The notes under the pieces were generated by a model. The model was not told the DNA's origin. It made no database searches and was given only the letters and a program-made list of their open reading frames with translations. Shown here piece by piece: positions 1 to 10,800 of a stretch of DNA of 64,000 nt. Every line of letters begins with the position of its first letter. Positions within the stretch are counted from its first letter, which is position 1. The stretch covers positions 496,001-560,000 of the forward strand of contig NW_027191452.1 of assembly GCF_011745625.1 (NCBI RefSeq). Reading direction: 5' to 3'. A program made the translations under genes and the position numbers. The DNA is from Cladosporium halotolerans. Its lineage: Eukaryota.

Positions 1-146
1 AAGATTCTCCGATCCCTCATCACTGAACATCATCATCTCTGAGACAGCGGCAACCCCGTCCTCGACTTGCGCCACAAACTGACGAACGCAAGTGCTCACA
101 TTATTGCGTCTTACTCAAACTAGATTGACCGAGACAAGCGCACACA

Positions 147-866
147 ATGGCTCGGTCTGCGGTTTCCACGGTATTCAACACAACCGAGCTGCTGGAAATG
201 ATCCTGCTCACGGAGAATGTTCGCATGCAGAAGCTCTTCGTCCTGCAGCGTGTCAACAAGAAGTTCCAGGACGTGACCGAGGGATCTCCGCTTCTTCGAA
301 TCAAGATGTTCGTGGACTACAGCTCGGTGGGCGCCACGAAGATACCCGCCAACCCGCGGGAGCTGAAGCACTTCATGAACACTCTGACCAACCCTATTAC
401 TGGACCGATACGGACATCTTCGCATATCTTCGTGCGCGGACTGAGCAGGCACTCGGGAATATTAGCTCAGGAAGGAGCGGGTAGATCTTTCGATGCCGCC
501 CTGGAGTTGCTCCCATTCCGCCACTTCGACTTCAACCTGGGCACCGACGACTCCGGGCTCTACGTCTCATCTTCGACTCTCAAGTACGGCGCCGTGGAGA
601 AGAGGCTGGAGCCTCGCTTGGCTGGGTCTTGGAGGAGACTGAAAATCACCAGAGTACCGGCGAAGCTCGAGTTCAGGCACATCCGTCTCGTTATTAGGCG
701 CGATGGCGGTCCGAGTGACACGGTGTTCGAAGCAGATGAGCACACGACCATGGGAGACCTTGCGGACTGGCTTGCCAAGTGGTACCATATCAGATACCTT
801 GAGTACAAGCGGAACCACAGTCTCTCTGGACAATTCTTCTTGAAAGCGGACATTCACATCATCTGA
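147..866 (+). CDS. F-box-like domain protein (lineage-expanded fungal family)
   Basis: 239-aa ORF. N-terminus AVSTVFNTTELLEMILL...LFVLQRVNKKFQDVTEGSPLLR matches the fungal F-box-like pattern. Confidence 0.75.
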   Translation: MARSAVSTVFNTTELLEMILLTENVRMQKLFVLQRVNKKFQDVTEGSPLLRIKMFVDYSSVGATKIPANPRELKHFMNTLTNPITGPIRTSSHIFVRGLSRHSGILAQEGAGRSFDAALELLPFRHFDFNLGTDDSGLYVSSSTLKYGAVEKRLEPRLAGSWRRLKITRVPAKLEFRHIRLVIRRDGGPSDTVFEADEHTTMGDLADWLAKWYHIRYLEYKRNHSLSGQFFLKADIHII

Positions 867-1412
867 GAGCTACGAGCATCTTCATTCCGAAGGCTCATGG
901 CCTGCTTGACGATGCAGTTCAGTAAGATTCTACACCCTGCCCCATTCAGTCACTTTCATTTCAGAGAATCAGTAAGAAACCAAATGCACCAAAACCCTTT
1001 TAATCCTGCTTCATCGTGATCGTGCGTATATGGGCATCAATTGTTCTCAGAGCGTGTGATCATTCGAGAACTGGATCGGTTGGACCGTTTGACCTTGAGA
1101 GAGACGCTGGTAATTCAATATCTATACAACACATAATACAGTCCTGTCATTTTTCCAATCAACGAAATGAATTATCAGTCCGAGCCAGCAGAAGCACGGT
1201 TACAAAATGTCCATGCACTCAGCCTCAAGCAGACGTTCAACCGCGTCACATGAAATCCGCCTCCGATGATGAGCGGCCGATTTGCCTCGGCTCATTTGCT
1301 CGGACTTCCTCAAGCGCACAACAAACACCAGCCTCCTAACACCCGATCCTTCGTCCCACGCGCTGTACAACATGTGAGGTGTCGTTACATCTAATACTGG
1401 ATTTTCATCAAG

Positions 1413-3098
1413 ATGGGTCCGCCACGGCCTGCCAGCGACGATAGTCGTTCCTCATCTGGATCGACCGGCGCTTCGAAGCGCCCCATCGACCCGATCACGC
1501 GCACCGCGTTGCGCTACACTATCAGCCCGCGGGAATATGAATTGCTCCACCAATACCTAATATCACGTGCACCGGAGAGAGTGCAGAAAAGGACGCCGAA
1601 CCCACCACGGTACGAAAGAATCATCAAAAGCGCTAGTGAGACGGGCGACTACAATGTCGCGAGTTTTCGCGCCGCGTTGCGGGTCTTCGTCGCCGCGTAC
1701 ACCGGGTTGAAGGGATGGGAAGTCATATCGCGCCATATTGCGAATCGAAGAGGAGGAACACAATCCAAGTCGAAAGCTGTTGTCTATGGCCATCCCAACG
1801 GCCGAATCGCGCTATCTCTTTCCACTATACTGCTGTTCCATCGCCTGCTCACTCGCTTCTTCCGGCGTCTTCGCGCATCGCTTTTGGAGGGGTCTGCTGA
1901 GCCCTGGCGGAACCGCAACCCGACACTGGCACGTCTTCTCACGTCTAAATACACACCTGCCGTTGGCTCGTCATTGGCAGGCCTATGCCTTGGAGTAAGC
2001 CCTGCCGACCAGCTGAGGATCACCGTAGCCATCTATACATTCTCGCGAAGCCTTGAGTTCGGATACAACGCCCTCTCCGAGTCTGGATACATCTGGCCTA
2101 ATGGCAAGCCGTCGTGGTTCGGTAGCTGGCTGATCATGCCATTCGCGTGTGGCCAGCTCCTGCATGCTTTTGTCCTGGACCGGGACTGCTTTCCCGAGAG
2201 CTATGGCCGATTCATCTTGCGACAGAGCCCCGAGTATATTCAAACAAGGCCCGCAGACTATCCTCCCAACAAGCCATGGCCCGCTACCTTCGACATTGTC
2301 GATGCCCTTGCTGGTCTAAGCAAATTGAAGTGGCCAGCGTTCATCTCACCCATCCTCTTCCCAGGCAAGAAGGAAACTCTCCCGCCTACCCTTACAAAAG
2401 TCGGTCCTTTGACTGCCTCGGCACACCCGCTCCTCACGCACACAAGTTGTGCCGTGCTCCACCCAAAGGATCCAAGCTGCAGCCGCACATATCTGAAGTA
2501 CTTCCTCCGGTCTTTCCCTTCAGTAGCCCGCTTTTTCACTCTCATCTACGGTGCCTTCGCCATGCTGGTTTATAAATCGCTCCTCAAAGACCCCATGCCG
2601 TTCCTCAACCGCCTAGCAGCTCGCATCCTACGCATGAGCGTTTTCATCACCGGCGCAATCGGCACGTCGTGGGGCTCCATCTGCCTGTTCAACAACTACC
2701 TGCCGCGCGCAATGCTCCCCACTCAGCGCTGGTTCCTCGGCGGCTTCCTCGGCGGTCTGTGGGCTTACGTGGCCAGGAACGGCGAGCGCGGCAACTTCTT
2801 GTACAGTCTGCGGCTGTCGATCGACAGCCTTTGGAAGGTTGGGAGGAAGAGAGGGTGGTGGAAGGGTGTCAAGGATGGAGACGTGCTTGTTTTTGTGGCG
2901 AGTTTGGCGCTTTTGAACGTGGTTTACGAGGGCAGGCCTTCGGCGGTCAAGGGCTCTGCTGTTAGGAAGGCCGTGGGAGTTATGAGAGGAGATGGCTGGG
3001 TGGATAGGGCCGAGGCGAAGCACGAAGCTGTCAAGGCCGAGGCGGCGGCGGAGACGACGAAGATGTCGCAGGCGACTGACGAGAAGGAGGAATTGTAG
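1413..3098 (+). CDS. TMEM135/Tim17-like integral membrane protein
   Basis: 561-aa single ORF with several hydrophobic Gly-rich helices (GSSLAGLCLG, WFLGGFLGGLWA) and a Cys/His segment (SCAVLHPKDPSC). Confidence 0.7.
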   Translation: MGPPRPASDDSRSSSGSTGASKRPIDPITRTALRYTISPREYELLHQYLISRAPERVQKRTPNPPRYERIIKSASETGDYNVASFRAALRVFVAAYTGLKGWEVISRHIANRRGGTQSKSKAVVYGHPNGRIALSLSTILLFHRLLTRFFRRLRASLLEGSAEPWRNRNPTLARLLTSKYTPAVGSSLAGLCLGVSPADQLRITVAIYTFSRSLEFGYNALSESGYIWPNGKPSWFGSWLIMPFACGQLLHAFVLDRDCFPESYGRFILRQSPEYIQTRPADYPPNKPWPATFDIVDALAGLSKLKWPAFISPILFPGKKETLPPTLTKVGPLTASAHPLLTHTSCAVLHPKDPSCSRTYLKYFLRSFPSVARFFTLIYGAFAMLVYKSLLKDPMPFLNRLAARILRMSVFITGAIGTSWGSICLFNNYLPRAMLPTQRWFLGGFLGGLWAYVARNGERGNFLYSLRLSIDSLWKVGRKRGWWKGVKDGDVLVFVASLALLNVVYEGRPSAVKGSAVRKAVGVMRGDGWVDRAEAKHEAVKAEAAAETTKMSQATDEKEEL

Positions 3099-3440
3099 AA
3101 CTGAAAAGACCCTCAACGGGCATGAATGTAATGTAACTTCAATGTGTTAGATACCCGTTTAGATGTAGGATGGAGTGAAAGATCAAGTTGAAATCAAGCA
3201 TGTTCACATCGATCGAAGAATCAAATCACCATTGTGTGAGGCGCCCCAAGTTCCCGTGAAAAGGACGACGGGAAGGCAGGAGCGACCCGGAACGCGTGAC
3301 TGCTTGGAAGATGATCGTGGCGAGCTCAAGTCACCCAAATGAATTGGGTGCATTCACTAGCTTCAGCTTCACTTCTTGACGCCTAAACCACGAGCGTTTC
3401 CATTCCTTCGCCTATGCTGAAAAGACCACACTCATTAACA

Positions 3441-4737
3441 ATGCCGCCTACACCTGAACCGAAGAGCGCTATGGAGACGACGGAGGAACGCGATGCCAAA
3501 AGACATTGCGGCACACCTTCGACACCGAGTCCCGAAACCTCACTGAAAATCAAGCCCGAGAATATTCGTGAGGTGGCTGAGAACGGCGACGTCTTGATTG
3601 TCATAGGCAGGGAACAAGGCGAAGAACAAACGTGCGTTTTGATCAAAGCTCGCTTCGGGTTTTGCATATCGTTGACAGACAAACAGGATTGGACTGCGAT
3701 GTTCCTCGGAAGTCTTGTCCATGGCCTCCAGCCTTTGGAAGACCGCAGTCGCGCCAGCACCGAAACCACAACAACCGACGAGAGACTCGACTGCCACCTA
3801 CTCTCCAACCGCGGCGACGACGCCAACAAAGATCAACACAGCGAGGATCATATGCCTGAAGGAGGAAGACGGAGAGACCCTTTTGCTCCTACTGAACATC
3901 CTTCACTTCCGCTATCACGCCATTCCCGTCTACCTACCGTTGGACAAACTCGTTCGTCTCGGTAGGGTGGCTAGGAGTATCCATTGCTCACAAGCCATCT
4001 CCAGCTCGACCACGCCATGGTTCGACCGGATCTTCACCGAGACCGAGCTCTCCCCAACCAAAAGCCCCGAAGAGACAATGAAGGCAATCCACGCCGCTTG
4101 GATGTGCAATGAAGCAATGTACTTCGCCCGGTTCACCAGCCGCTACGTGCGCTCTTTCACTTTCAGCGACAAGGTGCTCACAGCAGCTACATCGGCAGCT
4201 CTAGCGGCCACAGGTCTCGACCATCCAAGTGCCCGGCGCATAGAGACGGTGATCTACCAGCGTCAAAAGGAGGTCTCAGCTACCCTGCGACTTCACCTGG
4301 ACCTTGTCGTCGAGCCATGTGCCGTAGCGCTCGGCAAGGAATCGCATCACTATATCGATTGCGAGCCAGAGACCGAGCCCGAACCGGGCGACAACCTGCC
4401 GGACAACCCCGCCGTCGTCTGCGCCGTGGACTCACAAGCCGCGCCGATCTACTTGGGCGCTCTGCGGGACGCGAAGCTCTGGCCGCCGACGGCGTTCAGC
4501 GCGAAGACTGCGGACCAGGTGGTCGAGATAATCGAAGAATTTCGAGTGCCTGACTACGACGATTGCGACAAGTGCGATTTCTGCATACCGCTGGTCAAGA
4601 TGTTTGCGACGTCGCTGAATGTGGTTCGCAAGACGCATCGGGAGATGCTTTGGGGTCTATGTCTCGACTGCTTCAACGCTGGCGGAATGAATCCAGGCGA
4701 GTGTAGGTTCCCACACGTAAAGGGTCCTAAGGCATGA
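3441..4737 (+). CDS. BTB/POZ-like domain protein, 2 exons
   Basis: Intron 3632-3686 (GTGCGT...TTGAC...CAG) joins GDVLIVIG to IGLRCSSEVLSMASSLWK in frame. EEDGETLLLLLNILH is typical of fungal BTB proteins; C-terminal GLCLDC. Start could also be 3414 or 3471. Confidence 0.75.
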
Positions 4738-5024
4738 GATTCTAGGATATGATGACAGTGATGGACATACGGGAAATGGAGTTGAGCGTTTGTCTCGATG
4801 CGGCCTGAGAGGACCTTGATTTCATTGAACGTTTGGAATGACGAAGTGGGTATGATGCGTGGTTTAGACAGACAGTGTGGCTCTTGAAACCCGCAAAAAA
4901 GCTGTTTACTGAAGAATTGGTTCGCCCTTGCAGGATACTGATGGACGGAACGTGTTCGCCAGGAGCGTGGTGCGGGCTGGTGGTCCCGCCGATAATCATT
5001 GGCAGCGGTGGCGTTGTAATATGT

Positions 5025-7378
5025 TCAACCCTCGGTGCCATCGCTCTTGAACGCAGCGCATAGCGCCGCATATTGGTGCGTCAGGTCAAGAATGTGCTGA
5101 GGTAGGCTCGTGGCCTGAATAATGCTGCGGACCTTGACCGCGCCTTCTTCCTCAATGAGCTTGCGAATCGCATAGAGCAGATCGGGCGAGAACTAATGTA
5201 TGTCAGTCCTAGTACAAGAAAAGAACAGAAAGGGGTGAGAATAAATCATTGCTTACCTCCGAGTACCATCGGTACTGCCAAGCGACCAACCTGATCAATG
5301 CACCCAGCATTCCCCTGTGGTCGCCGTGCTTCTCGTAAAGACCCAACACTCCACGCATAGCCTTGGGGCTGAATCTCATGCTGAGGCAGGCCTGCCAAGC
5401 TTCCACGGCTTCATCGGGATGATGAAGGCGCTCGGCGAGGTCACCCAGAATTTCCCACTCCTCGGCGTTCTTCTTGTACGCGAGCTGCTGCTGGCGATAC
5501 TGGGCGGCTTCGGTGCGCCAGATGGTGTAGATGCGCAAGTCTTCGTAAAGCACCATGAAGAGATTGTCAAGCCAGCGCTCACACAAGCGCTTGTGTTGGA
5601 ATTGTGTGTAGTCCTGGTGGGACGGATCGGTCGGAGGTTGCGGGGTCTCGGTAGCTGAACGGACGGTGATGGTTGTGTCAGGTTTGGAGACGTCAGGATC
5701 AAGGTGAGAATCAGCAGCAGAAGGCTCGCCGTCGTCGTGCGGCTCATCAGTAGTTTCGGATGCTGCTTCGGGCTCGCCGTGGCCGTTTGGTTGAGGCGTG
5801 TCATCGCCACGGAGCGCGGTGGTGCTCGCATTGCGATTCTTCTCGACAGGAGCAGCGGTTTGCTTCTCTGCCCTATACTCTTCCTCCATGACGAAGACCT
5901 GACTTCTGGTCTTAAGCAGCTGATCCCATCCAATTTTCTTTGTAATCTGAGTGAGAAGCATGTATGCTTTGTGGAATGTACCCTTGTAGTTGCCGGCCGC
6001 CAGCCTTCTCAGTGTTGGATGCACCATGTCTACTTCTGGGGCGGCTCCGGCATCATCGATCTCGTCGCAAAGGGTCTCAGGTGCCAAAGGGAGTGACACC
6101 CTCGAAGGCTCGGGGAGCCTGGGTGCGTCCTTATCCTGGTATGTGAACATGGGACATGAGTTCAATGTCAGAAGTGCAAGCTCCCACTGCTCCTGTACGA
6201 CGTAGACCTCTGCAAGTCTAGCCCATGTGTTGAATTCGCTGGGTGCTGCTATCACGGCACGCTTGGCAATGTCAAGCGCGAGATCACTCCTGCTCTTTTT
6301 GTTGCAAAAGTCGGCCTGGCAGTCAAGCAACGAATAGTCCATTGGAAGTTCTTGAACAGCGTCGTGCAGTAGTCGCACAGCCTTCACCTCCTCATCCCCA
6401 GCAATGTACACACGGGCAAGGAGGGACGAAATCTCCGGATCTCTCGCTCGCAGCTTCTCGAAGAGATTGATGCCAGATGCAAACCGTCCAGAGATCTTGA
6501 TATAAGTGAGTATGCCAGAAGTCAGATGATTCGAGACCAGGTTAGGGACCTGGATCTCGGGATCGGAGCCAAGTTGCCAACCTTCTTCACGTTAGTTCTG
6601 GTCTGAACAGGAATATCAAGCAGGCCTACCGCTGAAGAACAGCCGCTCTGCTGCGTCCAAAAATCGCTGCTCTTGATCCGTGCTAGTAATTGGGTTGAAA
6701 CGCCTCACGCCAATTATCCGCTTGATGGTGTCACCAGAGCCATTGTCTGCATACGAGTATGCACGAAGCACACTGCAGAGATAAGTCTCTAACCAATGAT
6801 CCTCGGTAGCCTCCATCTTGTTGCCCCGCTCATCTACGCAGTAACTCTCCACAGTGCCTGGGATCTGGACCTGTACCCGCATGTCGACCCTCGAGAAAGC
6901 ATTGTAGCAGCTGTAGCGGGTCAGAAAAAACCTCGCCATAGTATGTGCTCTTGCGAATCCCTTACCAGTAGATACCAGACGTGACCTTGTTCAGCTTGTC
7001 GTTGGGCGAATAGGTCAAGGTGTTGATGTAGGCGGCCAAGCTTGCCGACGAAGAGGCATCGATGCCTGTGACATGGTGATACACCCCTACCTTCACAAGA
7101 ACTTAGTATACGCTTCTTCCAATCGCTCTTTTCAATGACCGCTAGACATTCATCCTTGCTCTTGCGGAAGTTGATTTACCTGTTTCGTCGTTGATTTAAT
7201 CGGTTGCTTGACAAGGTGGACGAGGTCCGGCGGACCAAGTTCGCGGAGTGTTGGAAGGCTGTCGGTTCTGATCTCAACTACTGAATGCGCATCGTCTTCG
7301 AACAATCTGAAATCTCGGTCAGTGGGAGATACTCTATGGCAGCTGGACTACTCACTCAGGAACCGCGGTTGAAGGCAT
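5025..7378 (-). CDS. Exomer cargo adaptor, ChAPs family (Bch1/Bud7-like), 6 exons
   Basis: Spliced start MPSTAVPELFEDD...LRELGPPDLVHLVK; YHHVTGIDASSSASLAAYINTL; CCYNAFSRVDMRV; ALLTLNSCPM; KRLCERWLDNLFMVLYEDLR. Introns at about 7355-7307, 7179-7091, 6965-6911, 6629-6582 and 5256-5193. Stop TGA at 5025-5027. Confidence 0.92.
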
Positions 7379-7531
7379 GATCGTCAACAAGCACGGCGCA
7401 ATTGAATTGGAGCTTCCCCTTAGCTGTCGTTATGGCGGCCGGCGTAAGGATGGCCGCAGCGCAGTGGTTATGCAGCAATGGGTATCGGTAGTGAAAGAAG
7501 GACTGAGGAGCACGCAAATGAGTTCTGCGAC

Positions 7532-7710
7532 ACGCGTATATGCGGACGTCACCCCTCTAGCTGGTAATCTCAAGTCGTCCCAATGTCTTGGACCAGCTGG
7601 CGGGTTGGTCGCCAGTCACAAGCCGAGTTTGGTCCGAGCGCACCTCGTCACTGAATGAGCGCGCGCGCGTCCCGTGAACACGGCCGCTGCACGCGCGACA
7701 CCTCTCGCGA
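7532..7710. promoter_or_regulatory. Cluster of MCB-like CGCG elements in the 461-bp divergent promoter between the ChAP gene and HIR3
   Basis: ACGCGT at 7532-7537, a GCGCGCGCGCGT run at about 7658-7670, ACGCGCGA at 7691, TCGCGA at about 7705. Confidence 0.35.
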
Positions 7711-7839
7711 AAGCCAATCGTAAATTGAACACTGGAATCTGACAACGCCACGCCGTGTTACCCATCCTGAAGGCCATCGAAATGAGATAAGCGCTCTCCA
7801 ACTGAGAGAATCGCCTTTGGACGACACAGCACTCCCACC

Positions 7840-10800
7840 ATGTCTGGGTTCAAGGCCCTGAATATCGAGTCTGACGACGAATCAGATATCGAGGTCGACG
7901 ACACCAAGGAGATTCAAATTGAGGAAACCCTCAAGCTCTACCAAACTGCGCTCAAATACCACTCTGAGGGCCCGTCTTCCTTCGACAAGGCCGCGGAAGC
8001 TTACCGAGAGCTCTTTGAGTCTGAGATCTTCCAGTATCCTGAATCACAGGCAGAACTTCGCCGCATCGAACTCTATGGACCGCAGGTGGAAGCTGAAAAT
8101 GATTGGCTCGATGCCACAGTATCCACAGGCTATTCGACTACAAACCTGGAAACGAACAACAGCACGTTGCCTCAGCTCCTGCATTTATCGCACAAGAATT
8201 ATGCTCAATTCAGGCTTGAGGCGCTTGCCGCGAAAATTGACACCCTGGATGTACATCTGCGGCAGATTCTTGCGGATGCGACTGCTGCGCTGGACCACTT
8301 CGTGGATGCTCTCGATAAGGACGCCACTGATCTTGACCTGTGGCGACGGACTGCTACGGTCGGCGAATTGCTGAACAGCCATCGAGTTGCCAGGTTCTGT
8401 CTCGAGGCGGTCCTCGATGGTGACGAGGAAGGGCTGAGCAGCCTCATGACTCTGCCTGGGTTGGAGGATGGATTGGCAGGCGAGCAATTGCGTGATTTGA
8501 TTGCTACACTCGACGACCAGCTTTCCATTCTGCAGGCGCCCCTTCCAGCGAGCAATCGCAAATTGCTGTCGCGTCTGCTGAAACAACGCTTGGATCCGTA
8601 CAACAATATCATATCGAGAAAGAGGAGCCTTCTCACGGACAGCAAACCCTCCACCTTTGTGCCACAGCAGCAAAGAGCTGTCGTGCAAGCACCGAAAAAC
8701 TGGGTTGATCTAGGCGATGCGCTGCTTCGCCACAATGCTACAAATCAGTACAGCCTGGTGCCCCTTTCGGCAATCTCGTTCGACCTTTCCCATGAACTCG
8801 TGCCAGCCGAGCAGTCCGTTCTGGAGGATGTGCCTGTCGCCGCTGCAGTTCAACAATCTCCTACCAAAACATCTTGGTCTATGCCAAAATCCCTCGACGA
8901 ACAATTTCCGGGTCTGGACAACGGCTTTCCAACGGTGCAACCAAATATCGCGGACGCAGACAGTGAGATGCGCGCCATTTCGCGACCGAACGACGGCACG
9001 GATGTTGATATGAGTGAGCCGCCCGTGATTTTGCTTCCAACACGAAAGCGTTCTGGCGATGCGGCAGGCCTTGTTGACGGAGCCGATGAGAGCCGAACCA
9101 AGAGCCGACGGACCCGCGGTCGAGAATCATTACTTGAGCTCACGGACAGTAAACAATCCACAATCGATGCAAACATTCAGTGGGAATACGAGCAGCAGCT
9201 GAACGAGCGTAAAGCTGCGGACGACTGGCTGTATGAGACAGTGGGTGTGTTCTTCGAGAAAATCGGAATTCTTGGCTTCGAGGCCGGAAAAAACGTGCGA
9301 CTAGAGCTCGAGCCCGGCAGCGAGACAGCCAGTGAAGACGAGTCGACCAGCATGCCAAAAAGGGCTCTCAAGCTTGCGCGGGCGGATATTTCTCGCTTCT
9401 TCAACGAATACTCTGACAGGCACGCACACTTGCTTCTCGTAGGAGGAGAGAACATGGATATCGGTCATTCGTCAGCTGTTACGGGGCCAACAGGCTCGCT
9501 GGGTGGCTCTGCGTCCTTGAGATCATCAATGAAACCCGATCCCTTGCCCAACGACAAGTTGCATGACTTCCTTCAACGAGTGAACGAAGATTGGATGTCG
9601 GTGGCTGAGGTCGCCTATGCATTCGTGAAAGCCATGACTTCGCCCGAGGCTGCCGAGTCAAGCGCGTACACAGCGTACTCGTGGCCAGAAGCTTTGAAGA
9701 CCATCATCGTTCGGCTACTGGTCAATTTCGATGGGAAGGTTTTTGAAACTGCTTCTGCAGAACTTGAGACCCTGCAGCAGCCGAAGGCGAACGAGCTGAC
9801 TTCGCGTTACAGCGCGGAGCTTTCTGAGGCGCTTCTTACAATTTTCGAGCTCCACCTCGACATCTATTGCCTGATAAGGGAACCTAACAGCGGCGTGGAC
9901 GTGGAAACCGTGACGCTCCAGGGAGATAGGCTACAGAGATGGTCCGAATTGACTCGGGAAGCGATGCAGGCTAGAGTTACCTTCTTAGGTGAGCATGAGC
10001 CATCGGATCCGCTCAACCTTCGCTTCTTGTGGGCTACTACCTTGCACGTGGGAGCATCTGCCGATATTGACCAAGACTATGCGTTGGAATGCATGCAAGA
10101 TCTACGGCAGGTCTTGCTTGAGGCAGGAGACGTGGCCATCTTTCTACCGAATAATGCGATCATGCCAGAACTTTCGATCGCAGCTATGGATCGCAAGCTT
10201 TCGGAGCTCACGACCAAAGACTTCTTTGCTAAGGTTACTGAAAATGAATTGAAAGACCCAGCAGCTACGATCGAGAACCTTGAGCCGCTATTGGAAGCCG
10301 TCAGTGCACGTCAAACGCAAATGGACGCAAGAGGCGAAGATGACGAGCCACCACAGCAATCTGTGCCCCAAGACTTAGTAGACTTCCTGGATGGCAGCAG
10401 CATATCAGTCAAACTTATGCTTTGGCAGCGTTTGCGAGAGGCATATGCATCCATCGATTACAAGCCAATGGTAGCAGCCTGTCACTTCCGGATGATGAGT
10501 ATGGTGCTGAACGAGATCAAAACTTCTGAATTTCTGGATCTTGAGCAAGAAGAGCGACAAGTCCTGGTCCTGAAGAGCCTACGCATGCTTCATGTGATGA
10601 TCGCCAAGGTCTTTTCACTTGGCGAAAGCTCAACAGATGTTTGGGACTGCTTGGATGAAGAGGGCTTGCCAAATGCCATCACGCTCTTGGGTGAAATACT
10701 ACAAATCCTCCAAGTCTTTAATGTCTTTGAAGATTCTATTCAGATTGGCCAGACGAAAGCTCCGACTGGCGCAAAGGACCTTGTCGTTCCCTCTTTCACT

